Shown: in pieces, positions 1 to 9,000 of the stretch
How positions within the stretch are numbered: the stretch's first letter is position 1
How the letters are laid out: every line of letters starts with the position of its first letter
Origin: a virus
Lineage: Duplodnaviria > Caudoviricetes
Virus record (IMG/VR): IMGVR_UViG_3300013947_000034
Location: 1-64,000 of that record
Length of the DNA stretch: 64,000 nt
Strand: one strand, 5' to 3'
Position numbers and translations under genes: made by a program
The notes under the pieces: generated by a model
The model's database searches: none
What the model was told of the DNA's origin: nothing
Seen by the model: the letters and a program-made list of their open reading frames with translations, nothing else

Positions 1-501
1 AATTTTATTACTGATATTGGTGCTAGTCGTGAACTTAATCGTCATAGAGTTAATAGTATTTGTGAAGAAAGTACTAGATATTGCGCTTATGATAAAGGTA
101 AATTTGGTAATAATATAACTGTTGCTAAACTGCCTTGGATTCCTTACAAATCTGATGAAGATAATGCTTGTTATGAAAATGGTTTCTTTACAGATGGTGA
201 ACTATTTTATGACAATACTATTGAAAGTCAGTTTACTAATAATTGGAATGCTATTGATTGGTTTTTATATGGTCTTCAAATAGCTAATCTTGTTTATTGT
301 AAAACTCGTGAACTTGGTTGGACTGCTCAACAAGCTAGAGAAATTCTTCCTCTTAATACTAAAACTCAAGTAGTTCATACTGCTTTTGTAGACGATTGGG
401 AACATTGGCTTCAGCTTCGTAGTAATGAAATTAGTGGAAAAGTACATCCTTCTCTATTAGAGCTATCTAAACGACTTGTAGAACTTGTATATCCTAAATA
501 A
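1..501 (+). CDS. thyX: FAD-dependent thymidylate synthase ThyX, 5'-truncated by the window edge
   Basis: Manual frame +1 translation is open from base 1 to TAA at 499-501. It reads ASRELNRHRVNSICEESTRY (ThyX RHRxxS...SxR motif) and later AREILPLNTKT...WEHWLQLR, typical of the ThyX C-terminus. Confidence 0.9.
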   Translation, partial: NFITDIGASRELNRHRVNSICEESTRYCAYDKGKFGNNITVAKLPWIPYKSDEDNACYENGFFTDGELFYDNTIESQFTNNWNAIDWFLYGLQIANLVYCKTRELGWTAQQAREILPLNTKTQVVHTAFVDDWEHWLQLRSNEISGKVHPSLLELSKRLVELVYPK

Positions 502-503
502 TT

Positions 504-719
504 ATGTGGATTAGTATTTTAAATTATCAACTATCTCAAATTGAGGTAGTTGATATTAGTAATTATGAAGTTGATGAAGAAGCTAATCTTGATGATAATC
601 AAATAGCTGAACAATGGCTTTATGAAAATGGATATGATTCTGATACACTTAGTTATCTTGTAACAGATGAATGTCCTATGTGTTTAGTAAATAATTTAGA
701 AACTCATTTGAACTTGTAA
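504..719 (+). CDS. small acidic hypothetical protein
   Basis: 71-aa ORF packed tightly between thyX and the next gene on the same strand. Confidence 0.7.
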   Translation: MWISILNYQLSQIEVVDISNYEVDEEANLDDNQIAEQWLYENGYDSDTLSYLVTDECPMCLVNNLETHLNL

Positions 720-721
720 TT

Positions 722-1492
722 ATGTCACAAAGTATTTTTGATATTGAAAGAGACCTTCTAGACATCTTTGAAGAACTAGAAGAGAATGGTGGAGAACTTA
801 CTCCTGAACTTGAAGAGAAACTTGAACTTAATGGTCAAGAAGTAACTCGCAAAGTTAAATCTTATGTTGGTTATATTCAAAAACTTCAAGCTGACCAAGC
901 TAGTATTAAAGCTGAACAAGATAGACTTAAAGCTTTGTCTGAATCTAAACAAAAGACTATTGATAATATTTCTCATCTTGTTCTTTATGCTCTTGATAAG
1001 TTTGGTATTGAAGATAAGAAAGGTAAGAAGTTCTTTGATTGGGGCACTGGTAAAGTTAGTACTCGTACATCAACTAGTGTTGAAGTTGATACTAAGAAAA
1101 TTGAAGGCGTAACTGATATTATTAGTGCTACTTTTGCTAATGGTATTTATACCAATACTCTCGATTATGCCAATAGCATTGACGAAAATGGAGTACTTGA
1201 TGCTTGTCAACATAATGTTAGCAACGATGAATATCAATCTCCAGACCCTATCGAATTAGAGGTGGAAGACCTTGATGATATTATTGTCAATATTACTGTT
1301 CCTGTATCAGCTAGTGCTCTTCTTCATGGTAACGGTTATCAACTTATGACTAAAGTCGGTGCTGTCAATCCTAACGGTTGGAAGTTTAAACCTACTGTTG
1401 ATAAGAAAACTATGAAAGCTAAACTTGCTGATAAAGGTTGTACTTCTAATATTGCTAAAGTTGTAACTAAAGAAAATTTATCAATTAAATAA
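722..1492 (+). CDS. Siphovirus Gp157-like protein
   Basis: The helical N-terminus SIFDIERDLLDIFEELEENGGELTPELEEKL...IKAEQDRLKAL matches the Gp157 family pattern as I recall it. Confidence 0.75.
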   Translation: MSQSIFDIERDLLDIFEELEENGGELTPELEEKLELNGQEVTRKVKSYVGYIQKLQADQASIKAEQDRLKALSESKQKTIDNISHLVLYALDKFGIEDKKGKKFFDWGTGKVSTRTSTSVEVDTKKIEGVTDIISATFANGIYTNTLDYANSIDENGVLDACQHNVSNDEYQSPDPIELEVEDLDDIIVNITVPVSASALLHGNGYQLMTKVGAVNPNGWKFKPTVDKKTMKAKLADKGCTSNIAKVVTKENLSIK

Positions 1493-1500
1493 TTGTAGAT

Positions 1501-1812
1501 ATGGAAAATTTATATAATGTAACAACAAGTATTCTAACTAAAGGTAATGTCACTCTTAGTGTTAATATTATTGCTGAAAATTTAGCTGATGCAATCAGTA
1601 ATGCGTCTTACCTTAAATATAATGGTAAAGCTATTAGACCAAATATTACTGGTGCTAAATGTATAGCAACTAATATTATTAGAAATTATTGGAGTGTTGA
1701 GGATTTGAATCCTAATTATAAAGGTTCACTAGAAAATAAAGAAGAAGGTACTGATACTAATAGTCCTGATACTAATAGTCCTGATGTTAACCCTTTTGAT
1801 GTCAACAAATAA
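1501..1812 (+). CDS. hypothetical protein
   Basis: 103-aa ORF in the operon; its C-terminus contains a short tandem repeat (DTNSP x2). Confidence 0.7.
   Translation: MENLYNVTTSILTKGNVTLSVNIIAENLADAISNASYLKYNGKAIRPNITGAKCIATNIIRNYWSVEDLNPNYKGSLENKEEGTDTNSPDTNSPDVNPFDVNK
1751..1785 (+). repeat. 15-bp tandem repeat CTGATACTAATAGTC x2 plus a partial third copy
   Basis: Read directly; in frame, encodes DTNSP repeats. Confidence 0.9.
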
Positions 1813-1838
1813 TATAATAATTTAATTAACGCTGAGTT

Positions 1839-2891
1839 ATGAGTAAATTTAATCGTGGTGGTTTACCTTGGGCTTTAGGCACTGATGTTAGTGCTTGTAA
1901 AACTGCTCAAGATGTAATGAAAGCAGCAGACCTTGATTGGTCTGTTGCTAAGTGTGAACTTGTGGCTAAAATGCCATTTAGAATTGGTAGCAACAATGAA
2001 CTTGGAGAAGATGCTTTCTCTCATAATGGTAATATTTACCGTGATTGTTCTAATGCTTATGCAACTTATAGAACTGATATTAATTATCCGTTGGGTATTG
2101 TAAAAGATAAATATGAAGTAGTTCAGAATATGGATGCTTTTAATTTCTTTAATAATGCTATTGGTGAAGGTATGGCTCATTGGGATAAAGCTGCTTGTCT
2201 TAACAATGGTGAGAAGGTTTACGTTAGTGCTAAACTTCCAGTTCAAACTTCTGTTGGTAAAGATGATACTATTGATAATTATCTTGTGTTTAGTAATGGA
2301 CATGACGGTAATGCTTCAGTAGATATTATGATTACTCCTGTTCGAGTTATTTGTACTAATATGCTTAATGGGGCTATTAATAAAGCCGAATGCCATATTC
2401 GTTTGCGTCATACTAAGTCTGTTAAAGAAAAACTTGAACTTGGTGCTCAAGTACTTAAAGTTGCTTGTTCTCATGCTCTTGATGCTCAAGAACTTTATCG
2501 TCATCTTAATACTATTAAAATGACTGACGAACAAGTTGCTGAATATCTTTGTAAACTTCAACTTACTCCTACTGAAATTGAGAAACTTATTGAAGTTGAC
2601 CCTAATCATGGTTACAAACGTTTAGTTGCTCGTGATTATCATATTATTGATGCTATTGAAATTAGTACTAGAAAGTCTAATCAACTTTATAATATGATGG
2701 ATTATTATATTGATGGTATTGGTCAGAAAGATATTGCTGGTACTGCCTGGGGAGCATATAACGCTGTAACTGGTTTCTATTGCAATGTTGCTAATCTTGA
2801 AGGCGAGAAACGTATGAATAGTCTTGTTTGGGGTAGTGCTAATAATAATATGTCTAAAGCTCTTAATAGTGTTATAGCTTATGCAAGTTAA
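1839..2891 (+). CDS. DUF932/DUF945 family phage-plasmid protein (TIGR03299-like)
   Basis: Motifs LGIVKDKYEVVQNMDAFNFF, NGEKVYVSAKLP, YLVFSNGHDG and TPVRVICTNML. Confidence 0.85.
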   Translation: MSKFNRGGLPWALGTDVSACKTAQDVMKAADLDWSVAKCELVAKMPFRIGSNNELGEDAFSHNGNIYRDCSNAYATYRTDINYPLGIVKDKYEVVQNMDAFNFFNNAIGEGMAHWDKAACLNNGEKVYVSAKLPVQTSVGKDDTIDNYLVFSNGHDGNASVDIMITPVRVICTNMLNGAINKAECHIRLRHTKSVKEKLELGAQVLKVACSHALDAQELYRHLNTIKMTDEQVAEYLCKLQLTPTEIEKLIEVDPNHGYKRLVARDYHIIDAIEISTRKSNQLYNMMDYYIDGIGQKDIAGTAWGAYNAVTGFYCNVANLEGEKRMNSLVWGSANNNMSKALNSVIAYAS

Positions 2892-3159
2892 CTTGAATAA
2901 TAATAAGTTTAAAGTGCCTCGTCACAATGTTGGTGATGAGATACTTGCTTTCAGTCATATTAGTGGACAATTCTTTCGTGGTTGGATTGGTAATATCAAT
3001 CTTTATTGTGATGCCAATCAATGTGCTATCAATTATACTGTAATGATTGATGAACAAAAAGGTGTTCCTAATGTTCCTGAAGCTTTGACATTTGATAATT
3101 TTAGTGATGCTCAAGCGTGGATTAAATCTACGCAAGAGAAACTAATGATCATCGAATGA
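2881..3159 (+). CDS. hypothetical protein
   Basis: 92-aa ORF overlapping the stop of the previous gene (translational coupling). Confidence 0.7.
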   Translation: MQVNLNNNKFKVPRHNVGDEILAFSHISGQFFRGWIGNINLYCDANQCAINYTVMIDEQKGVPNVPEALTFDNFSDAQAWIKSTQEKLMIIE

Positions 3160-3168
3160 TACATATTC

Positions 3169-3243
3169 ATACCTTTTATCGGGCGGCTCTAGTGACTAGA
3201 GAATAAGCAGGAAAGTTAACTCTAGCCGCCCTGTAAAAGGTAT
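3169..3243. repeat. inverted pair of the 20-bp dispersed motif, 35-bp spacer
   Basis: ATACCTTTTATCGGGCGGCT (3169-3188) and AGCCGCCCTGTAAAAGGTAT (3224-3243). Confidence 0.95.
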
Positions 3244-3312
3244 AGATAATACAAATGTTGTATTCTTAAACAACTTTTGGAATAAAAAGGGTTATATATC
3301 ACCACTTTTTCG

Positions 3313-3320
3313 TACCTTTG
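3313..3320 (+). promoter_or_regulatory. Bacteroidota sigma-A -7 box (TAnnTTTG)
   Basis: TACCTTTG in intergenic DNA. Confidence 0.6.
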
Positions 3321-3428
3321 CAATAGAACATTAGTAATATATTATATATATAGAGCTAATTTTTATGCTTGTAATTAGTTGATAATCAATTAGTTACAAA
3401 CTGGTTTAAGATTTATTAACGACATTTT

Positions 3429-3464
3429 TTCCTCGTTTCTGTGATAGAAACGAGGAATTTTTCT
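3429..3464 (+). terminator. intrinsic terminator-like hairpin
   Basis: Perfect 12-bp stem TTCCTCGTTTCT-gtgat-AGAAACGAGGAA followed by TTTTTCT. Confidence 0.7.
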
Positions 3465-3471
3465 ATCTTTG
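3464..3471 (+). promoter_or_regulatory. Bacteroidota -7 box upstream of the RepL-like gene
   Basis: TATCTTTG about 30 bp upstream of ATG 3502. Confidence 0.65.
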
Positions 3472-3501
3472 CGTTGTCGTTAATATAAGCCAGTTCTTAA
3501 T

Positions 3502-4026
3502 ATGATTGAAGTAATTAATTTTGAGACTATTATGGAACAACATGAAGCTAAGAATAAACTTAAAGATTCAGAAGTTGAAGTAACTACTATTTATGATGTG
3601 TTTAAAGATACTGATAGATACATATCTTCTAAGATACATAAATATTGTTCTAAAACTGCTGAAGATATTGCTGTTTGGATAAGTGAAACTATGTTTCCTT
3701 CTCAAACTAGTATAAGGTTTAATTCTAAAGCTTTAGTTGAATCTAAACAATGTAAAGCTAATACTCCTGATACAATAAGAAAAGCTATTAAAGAACTTAT
3801 TAATGTAGGAGCTATTGTTAAGTGGAAAGATATTGAAGGTTTACCTTCAAACGTGGAATGCGGTAATGAATGGTATTTACTTAATCCTCAAATGATTAAA
3901 GCTATAGGTTGTAAAGGTTTTAAAGAACAAGTAAATACTACTATTAAAGCTATAAGAAATAGTAATCATTATCAAATTCATGAATACTCTGCTATAGTTT
4001 ATAATTTTAAAAATAATAATTTATGA
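3502..4026 (+). CDS. RepL-like winged-helix DNA-binding/replication protein
   Basis: TPDTIRKAIKELINVGAIVK...WYLLNPQMI resembles the RepL-type wHTH; RepL-like genes are known in crAss-like phages. Confidence 0.55.
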   Translation: MIEVINFETIMEQHEAKNKLKDSEVEVTTIYDVFKDTDRYISSKIHKYCSKTAEDIAVWISETMFPSQTSIRFNSKALVESKQCKANTPDTIRKAIKELINVGAIVKWKDIEGLPSNVECGNEWYLLNPQMIKAIGCKGFKEQVNTTIKAIRNSNHYQIHEYSAIVYNFKNNNL

Positions 4027-4604
4027 GTAGATTAAGTAATGAACTTGCAGAAGCATTTATTAATTATAGTAATGCTTTTAAGCAAGACCCAAAAGACAGA
4101 GAAACTGCTGAGCAGCAGTTAAAGTTAGCTCTTAAACGAGCTATTGATTTTGTATCAGTAAATATTTATCTTGATAATGATGCAGCTAAACTTCCAGAAT
4201 ACGCTCATTACGAAGATGGTCATGCTACTGATGCTTGTTGTGATGTAGTTGCTACTAGTGTTGAAGTAACTCCTGATGGTCGAATCAAATGTGGTACAGG
4301 CATTCATGTTGCTACAGATGTAAGAGATAGTATTACTATTAGACCTAATAGTAGAATCACTAAACTAGGTCTTGTAATTGCTAATGCTCCGTGTACCATT
4401 GACGAAAGTTATAGAGGTGAAGTATTTGTAGTTTTTAGAAGTATTACAAATGCTGCTAGTTGTCCTATTAAAGTTGGTGATGTAATCGGTCAACTTGAAT
4501 GTCCTCATCATCGTCAAATTCTTTGGAATCCAGTTAAAACTCTTGATGATTTAGGAGAAACTACTCGTGGTGATGGTGGATTTGGTTCTACAGCTAATAA
4601 GTAA
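4023..4604 (+). CDS. dut: dUTPase (trimeric type)
   Basis: Motifs IRPNSRITK, TIDESYRGEV, GDVIGQL and C-terminal TTRGDGGFGST. Confidence 0.93.
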   Translation: MSRLSNELAEAFINYSNAFKQDPKDRETAEQQLKLALKRAIDFVSVNIYLDNDAAKLPEYAHYEDGHATDACCDVVATSVEVTPDGRIKCGTGIHVATDVRDSITIRPNSRITKLGLVIANAPCTIDESYRGEVFVVFRSITNAASCPIKVGDVIGQLECPHHRQILWNPVKTLDDLGETTRGDGGFGSTANK

Positions 4605-4608
4605 CATT

Positions 4609-4881
4609 ATGAAAAGAAAGATATTACTTATTACAACTAAGAATTGTCTTGGTTGTAGTCTTCAGTTAAAGAATGTACAATCTGCTATAAGTAAATCTTC
4701 TAAGGATATTGAACTTGAGGTTAAAGATTTTACAGAATTGCCTAAAAGGATTATTGCTAAGTACAATGCTTATGATTATCCTTTTACTGTTTATATTATA
4801 GATGATACAGTTAAGTTTAAAAGTACTGGAAGTTGTGCTGTATATCAAATTGTAAGGTATATAGATTTATATTTAAAGTAA
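4609..4881 (+). CDS. thioredoxin/glutaredoxin-like protein
   Basis: CLGC (CxxC) near the N-terminus and a YPFTV motif. Start reassigned to ATG 4609 (MKRKILL), just after the dut stop. Confidence 0.7.
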   Translation: MKRKILLITTKNCLGCSLQLKNVQSAISKSSKDIELEVKDFTELPKRIIAKYNAYDYPFTVYIIDDTVKFKSTGSCAVYQIVRYIDLYLK

Positions 4882-4961
4882 GGTTTTGTTGTAATAATAT
4901 GTGTTTAAGTTTTGCTCCTAGTGCTAGTGATAGTACTAGGAGTTTTTATCTAAATTAAATT

Positions 4962-5204
4962 ATGAATAAGAATTACGATAAACATAGAGAAATAGCTATT
5001 GTTGTATTTATGTTTGCAGCTGCTATTATGGCAGCTTGTGCTCATCAAAATAAAACTAATAATAAAGTTGATACTACAGATTCTTGTGGAATTAATGATG
5101 AGTATTATGAAATTGAAGATGATACAACAAACGATGGATATGATACTGATAGTATTATACAAATAGATGCTAACGGTAATATAATTAAAACTCCTCTTCG
5201 TTGA
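4962..5204 (+). CDS. small membrane/lipoprotein-like protein
   Basis: Hydrophobic segment IAIVVFMFAAAIMAAC ending in Cys, followed by an acidic tail. Confidence 0.65.
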   Translation: MNKNYDKHREIAIVVFMFAAAIMAACAHQNKTNNKVDTTDSCGINDEYYEIEDDTTNDGYDTDSIIQIDANGNIIKTPLR

Positions 5205-5594
5205 GGAATGGCAAATCATAAATTAATATTTTGAAATCCTCTGTAAAGAGAGAACACTAATCTTCTGAATAACTATTCAGTCGTAATATTAAATTGTCTC
5301 AGATAAGCTGAAATGTGGGTCTATTTGAATTTATATCCTTAACTTACAGTCTTATTTCGGTGAATGCTAGCTACCTAAGTGCTTGGCATAATACGTGGGA
5401 AACTCCCACAGCCTGCAAATTAAGCTCTCTGAGATGATTACTCAAATGAAAGGATAAACTATACGGTCATAATAATTTGACCTCTTACATAAGAAATTGA
5501 AATATTCTATTTTTCATAATATCTAAGATTGTTTAGTTAATACTAAGTTGTAGCAGTGGCTACATTAACACTCAGATTAGTTAGAAATTTCTAT

Positions 5595-5632
5595 GAGCAG
5601 CTTGTCCGTGAGGATAGGTTGCTCTTTTTTTT
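5595..5632 (+). terminator. intrinsic terminator ending the + strand block
   Basis: GAGCAGCTTGTCC-gtga-GGATAGGTTGCTC followed by a T run. Confidence 0.85.
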
Positions 5633-5663
5633 AAACATCATCAGCAACACACGATAGAACATT

Positions 5664-5703
5664 AAACAAAAAGAGCTAGACAATCATCACGACTATCTAG
5701 CTC
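5664..5703 (-). terminator. intrinsic terminator ending the - strand block/tRNA transcript
   Basis: On the - strand: GAGCTAGATAGTC-gtgat-GATTGTCTAGCTC followed by TTTTTGTTT. Confidence 0.8.
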
Positions 5704-5860
5704 ACCACCCTATAAATAAATGTTACAATAGTAACATTGTTGCGTTTGAAATTTAATAACTAAATAAACTAATAAACAATCATCACGACTATTCATTAAT
5801 ATAGTCACAAGATTACCATTTTAAACTTTAACTAACAATTTATAAGAACATTATCAGTAG

Positions 5861-5931
5861 CTGCCCTAGGAGGATTCGAACCACCAATAAGAGAACCAAA
5901 ATCTCTTGTGTTACCATTACACTATGGAGCA
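5861..5931 (-). tRNA. tRNA-Gln (anticodon TTG), CCA not encoded
   Basis: The reverse complement folds as a cloverleaf: acceptor TGCTCCA/TAGGGCA, D arm GTGT/ACAC, anticodon arm AGAGA-TTTTGGT-TCTCT, T arm GGTGG-TTCGAAT-CCTCC. Confidence 0.93.
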
Positions 5932-6004
5932 ATGTTTTCACATATATTTCTAACAACTTAAAAACTACTTAAACATGGCATAACGAGAAAACCTCCATCT
6001 GTTG

Positions 6005-6012
6005 CAAAGGTA
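6005..6012 (-). promoter_or_regulatory. Bacteroidota -7 box for the tRNA
   Basis: TACCTTTG on the - strand about 70 bp upstream of the tRNA 5' end. Confidence 0.6.
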
Positions 6013-6099
6013 CAATTATTATTTGTATCTCCAACAAATGAAGGTTTAATTTAAGCATCATTAAGATGATATACTACATCATGCCTTTTATCGGGCGGC

Positions 6100-9000
6100 T
6101 TATTTATCAAACGATGTAGGAACAAATCCAAGTATATTTTGACCGTAATGGTAATAACTATTACTCTTATCAAGAGTAGCAAGATTATTATAAGCTCTAT
6201 AAATAGGAATTTGTCTCATAAGTTTAACCTTAAATTTATTCTCACCTTTATAACGACCAGTAGTATAATTATAATCAAATTCGTCATCAAACATAGCATT
6301 TGCTAGAAGATTAAGACTATTGATAATATCATTAGGCATATTCATCATAGCAATAGGAGAACTCCAAAGCTGTTTAGCATTGTTTGGAAGGAATATTGGA
6401 TTATACATCATACTCTCAGTTGCAAGTTGGTCTGCACTATAAAGCATAAGATTAGGAAGAAACATCTTATCTTTATCTTTATCATCCCAAGCTATATTAG
6501 TACCAATAGCAACCATAATAGCAGCTAAAGCACCAAACACATCACCAGCAGTTCTACGAATAGCAGCTTTCTGATATTCGGGTAGTGCTTCCCAGTTAAC
6601 TCGAATATTCTCAGCAAAGTTTACATAAGCAGCAAAAAGACTTTGAGTTCCCTCAAGTGCTTCAAGTTGTTTATCATCAAGAAGTTTATGTCTTTCGTTA
6701 TATTGACGAATAGGCATTGAAAGGAAATTCATAAGAGCAGGAGCACAACCAACACGAGTATCGCCTGTTTCTTCATTAAAATAACCTTTTCTTCTCCAAT
6801 GTTTAAGAATACCAGGATATATATGTTTATGATATTGCATAACAAGACTACCCCACCAATACTTCTCAAGTTGAGCAGCACCAAGTCTATCATATACACC
6901 ATGTATTTCTTTATTAACAGCAATAACTTTTCCTTTGAACTCTCCAAGAAGACCATAAGCGTCATTTACTTCTCCGTTAGTACTTTGCTTAGAAAGTTGT
7001 TCCATAAGAGAACCATCTTTAAAACCTAGTTTACCGTCAACTAAATCAAGTTGTTCCATGAGAGTAGGATTAGCTTCAAATTCTTCCTTAGCTTTAGTTT
7101 CAAGTTCATTACGTTTAGCAATAAACTCTTTAACTTGTTTATTATTAAGGAATAAATTCTTAAATTCAGTAGCTAAATCTCTTCTACCTCTAGCATATTC
7201 TTTAAGTTGATTTGGGTCAGATTTTACATCATTGACAAATTTCTCAAATTGAGCAGCAAGAGGAGTACCAGCAATAAGTTCTCTCATAGCTTGTTCATGA
7301 CAATGGTTTTTATATTGTGTCCAAGTCATAGCTTGATAAGGAAGTCTACCTTTGTTTTGATAATCATCTACAGGAACAAGTCTATTCTCAAACATCATAG
7401 CAAACATAGCACCATTTTGCATATGATGTTCACCCATAGCATTAGGAGAATACATGAAGTCTCTGAGTTTATTAATAGCGTCACTAGCTTTAAAACTACC
7501 AGTAGGTCTTCCAAGTACCTCATCAAAGTCTACTACGTTCATAAACTTAACAATAGCATCAGCAAGACTAGTACTATCTTCTCTAGCCATTCCTCTCAAG
7601 AAAGATAAAGAAGAAGTATACCACATAAGTTTAGCTTTATTCCAAGAAGCAGTACCAAAATAAGCTTTAGCTACATGTTCGGCAAAAATACCACTACGAC
7701 CAACAGTAACGTTACCAATACCACCAGTAATATTAAGCATCATAAACTTAGCACTAGTAAGACTTTGTGCAATATTAGCACCTTTGGTAAGTTTATTATT
7801 AGGAAGTTTGTATCTATCATAGATAAGTCTATTACCCCAATTAGTAAACTGACCATAAAGTCTTTCATCGTAAGGCTTTTCAGCATAACGAGTAACATCT
7901 TCTGTACTTCTATTAAGGTCTTTTCTAAGATTACTAAAACCTATATTATCGTCAAGTACAGGAGTAGCTTTAATCATATTTTGACCATAATAGAAAAGAT
8001 ACTTATTATCTTGAACAGCATTTTGATGACCAGCAAGTTTAATAAACTGACTAATGCTAGAAACAAAGTCTCTATTAACAAGAGATTGATGTATTGCTTT
8101 ATTGTTCTTTTCAGCAGCATCAAGTCTAGCTTTATGTTCAGTTACAGCTTTATTATACTCTTCATCGGTAGTATATTGGTCTCTCTTTGGTTCAGCAGCT
8201 TTAATCTTATTAATATCTTCGCTATTCTTATTAGTAAATTCTCTACCAATCATAGGAAGTACTGGAGTTTTATCAGTAGAATAACTCATATCAGCATGAA
8301 GACTATTCTTGCCAACAGAACTAATATTAGCGTTCCAACCAGCAAATTCAGCTATTTGTTTACCAAACCATTTAAGGTCATGTTCAGCTTCTTTTGCAGT
8401 AATAGGGAGAAAACCTTGACTAATGATACGACGACTAGTTTTATCTCTAACAATTTTATCTAACGTAGTTTCGATAAGTTTCTTAGCTTGTTTATCAGTG
8501 TCACTAAGAGTTACATTGTTAGCGTATTTCTCATCGTCTATACCACGCTTAAAGTTTTCCGCTTGAGTAGTATTTTCTTTATAATTAGGATTACGATATT
8601 CTTCTTTAGGAACAATATCTAACTGATTATAACTAGCAGCCCAAGTGCCATTAGCATAATTAGGTTTAATACTAGTCTTTTGCCAAATACCTATTGGGTC
8701 GAATTTATGAGTATAAACATTCCATACATGATTACGAGTAAACCATTTATCAAACTCCTCTTTACCTTTAGCTCTAGCAGCTTCCATAGCATCAGTATAA
8801 TAAGGAGTTGTAGTAGTTTCAAGATACTCATTAATAGTAGCAAGAGCTTTAGTTTTAATCTCTGCTTCTTTACGTAAGTCTTTAGCTACTTTCTTATTTT
8901 TCATACCAGTATAGAACTCTTCTTTAAGAGTAAGAGTACCATAAAGGAAACGATTAGGAAGACGAACCGATTTATCATATACATAATTACCATCTTCGTC

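Noticed and set aside
4567-4608. Listed upstream start of the thioredoxin-like ORF
   Set aside because: It overlaps the dUTPase C-terminus; ATG 4609 right after the dut stop is more plausible.
5400-5460. Hammerhead ribozyme in the structured intergenic region
   Set aside because: The CUGANGA core is not matched (the sequence reads CTGAGAT), and the required stems could not be assembled.
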